From Octopus bimaculoides (Eukaryota): DNA of 64,000 bases. Below are positions 62,921 to 64,000 of this stretch, piece after piece. Numbering within the stretch: the stretch's first letter is position 1; every line of letters starts with the position of its first letter. The notes beneath the pieces are model-generated. The model ran no database searches. It was given only the letters and a program-made list of their open reading frames with translations, and was not told where the DNA came from. Both the position numbers and the translations under genes were made by a program. The stretch spans positions 30,430,741-30,494,740 of the forward strand of contig NC_068997.1 in NCBI RefSeq assembly GCF_001194135.2, read 5' to 3'.

Positions 62921-63044
62921 CAGTTGAAGACACACAAGATGTCAAAATATCGTTCACTAGATAACAATGGCACTCTTCTGTTAATTTTGACTCTATATCT
63001 TCAGGAGGAGTTACCTCAATCCTTCCAATATTAATAATAATAAT

Positions 63045-63122
<78 letters not shown>

Positions 63123-63125
<3 letters not shown>

Positions 63126-63592
63126 CTTTGTTTTCTCTTGGTATAAAAGATGGGCTACAACAAATATTTTGCTCAATACCACACATTTACTTGTCAGTTG
63201 TTTGACCATAACTAGTTGAGTAATTCCCTTAGTGACTGACAAAATGTGCATCTCTGATCACAAGTAGAAGTAGTGAGGAAGCATTATAACCATGTGTTGA
63301 GAGGGATCGTTTGGGGTTTGGATATGGGTGTTTTTCTCAACATCCTTAAAGGGCCCTTATTCCAGGACCTCCTGTGTGGGACGGGCTACTCACCCTGAAG
63401 AAAATCCTAACTAGGCCCCACCTGTAAGGTCATGTACGTTTTTTTTTTTATATGGGAAAATATCGTGCACATATGGTTGTGATGCATGTGCCTGGTGCAC
63501 CCTTATCAGACAGGTAGTCACGATGTGAATACTGGGTTTTGTGTATTTTACCCCCGTACCACTTTGATGGCATATGCTGCCCCCTCACTCAA
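63123..63592 (+). mobile_element. Second copy of the ~540-bp non-coding repeat (5'-truncated)
   Basis: Homologous to the reverse complement of 51228-51700; preceded by (TAA)n/(TTA)n 63031-63120. Confidence 0.72.
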
Positions 63593-63826
63593 TAACAATA
63601 ATCATAATAATCTTTTCTGCTAAAGGCATAAGGCCTGAAATTTTGGGAGAGGGGACCAGTTGATTACATTGACCTGAGTGTGTAACTGATATGCAATTTA
63701 TCAACCCAAAAGTATGAAAGGCAAAGTCAACCCTTATGGCATTTGAACTCAGAACAAGAACACAGACGAATTACTGCTAAGCATTTCTTACAGTGTGCTA
63801 ACAATTCTGCCAGCTCGCCTCCTTCA
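63593..63826 (-). mobile_element. tRNA-derived SINE (family 1)
   Basis: Head gaaggaggcgagctggcagaattgttagc, B-box gagttcaaatgcc, (ATT) tail. Confidence 0.87.
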
Positions 63827-63846
63827 TAATAATAATAATAATAATG

Positions 63847-63896
<50 letters not shown>

Positions 63897-64000
63897 CCTG
63901 TCTACTATAGGCACAAGGCCTGAAATAAATTTGGGGGAAGGTATGAGTCAATTACATTGATCTCAGTGTTTTACTGATATTTAATGTATCGACCTAGAAA
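63827..64000 (-). mobile_element. (TAA)n array plus 3' half of another family 1 SINE (window edge)
   Basis: (TAA)n 63827-63896 followed by cctgtctactataggcacaaggcctgaaat. Confidence 0.8.

Noticed and set aside
62930-63030. GRIEVTPPEDIESKLTEECHCYLVNDILTSC as the next upstream TRPM exon
   Set aside because: No convincing acceptor or phase-1 donor, it is wedged between a (TAA)n array and a Dong fragment, and motif similarity is weak.

Overview
Eukaryotic, AT-rich, repeat-dense scaffold with seven N-gaps. The SINE/RTE repertoire suggests an octopus or other cephalopod genome (inference). One host gene is supported: a minus-strand TRPM-family cation channel. Six phase-compatible exons (45917-45823, 34734-34600, 22746-22605 tentative, 8726-8638, 5733-5633, 5477-5252; 788 nt) encode the MHR3-MHR4 to pre-S1 region, and the gene runs off both ends of the window. 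The introns are mostly decayed transposable elements: five Tx1/L1-clade LINEs, seven R4/Dong-like LINE pieces, several RTEs, one CR1-like and one CRE-like LINE, two mariners, four Penelope-like (PLE) fragments, a foldback MITE, a HINE-like element, tRNA-derived SINEs and many microsatellites. No TE ORF is intact, and there are no rRNA, true tRNA or CRISPR features. The most notable signals are two type I hammerhead ribozyme motifs. One lies in a non-coding 518-bp-period pLTR/retrozyme-like unit with an inverted 5' junction and a splice donor overlapping the cleavage site. The other lies sense to the TRPM pre-mRNA, downstream of a PLE endonuclease tail. Microsatellite-nucleated stacking of R4/Dong elements at (TAA)n and of Tx1 elements at (CTAT)n is also visible. 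Boundaries of decayed repeats are approximate.
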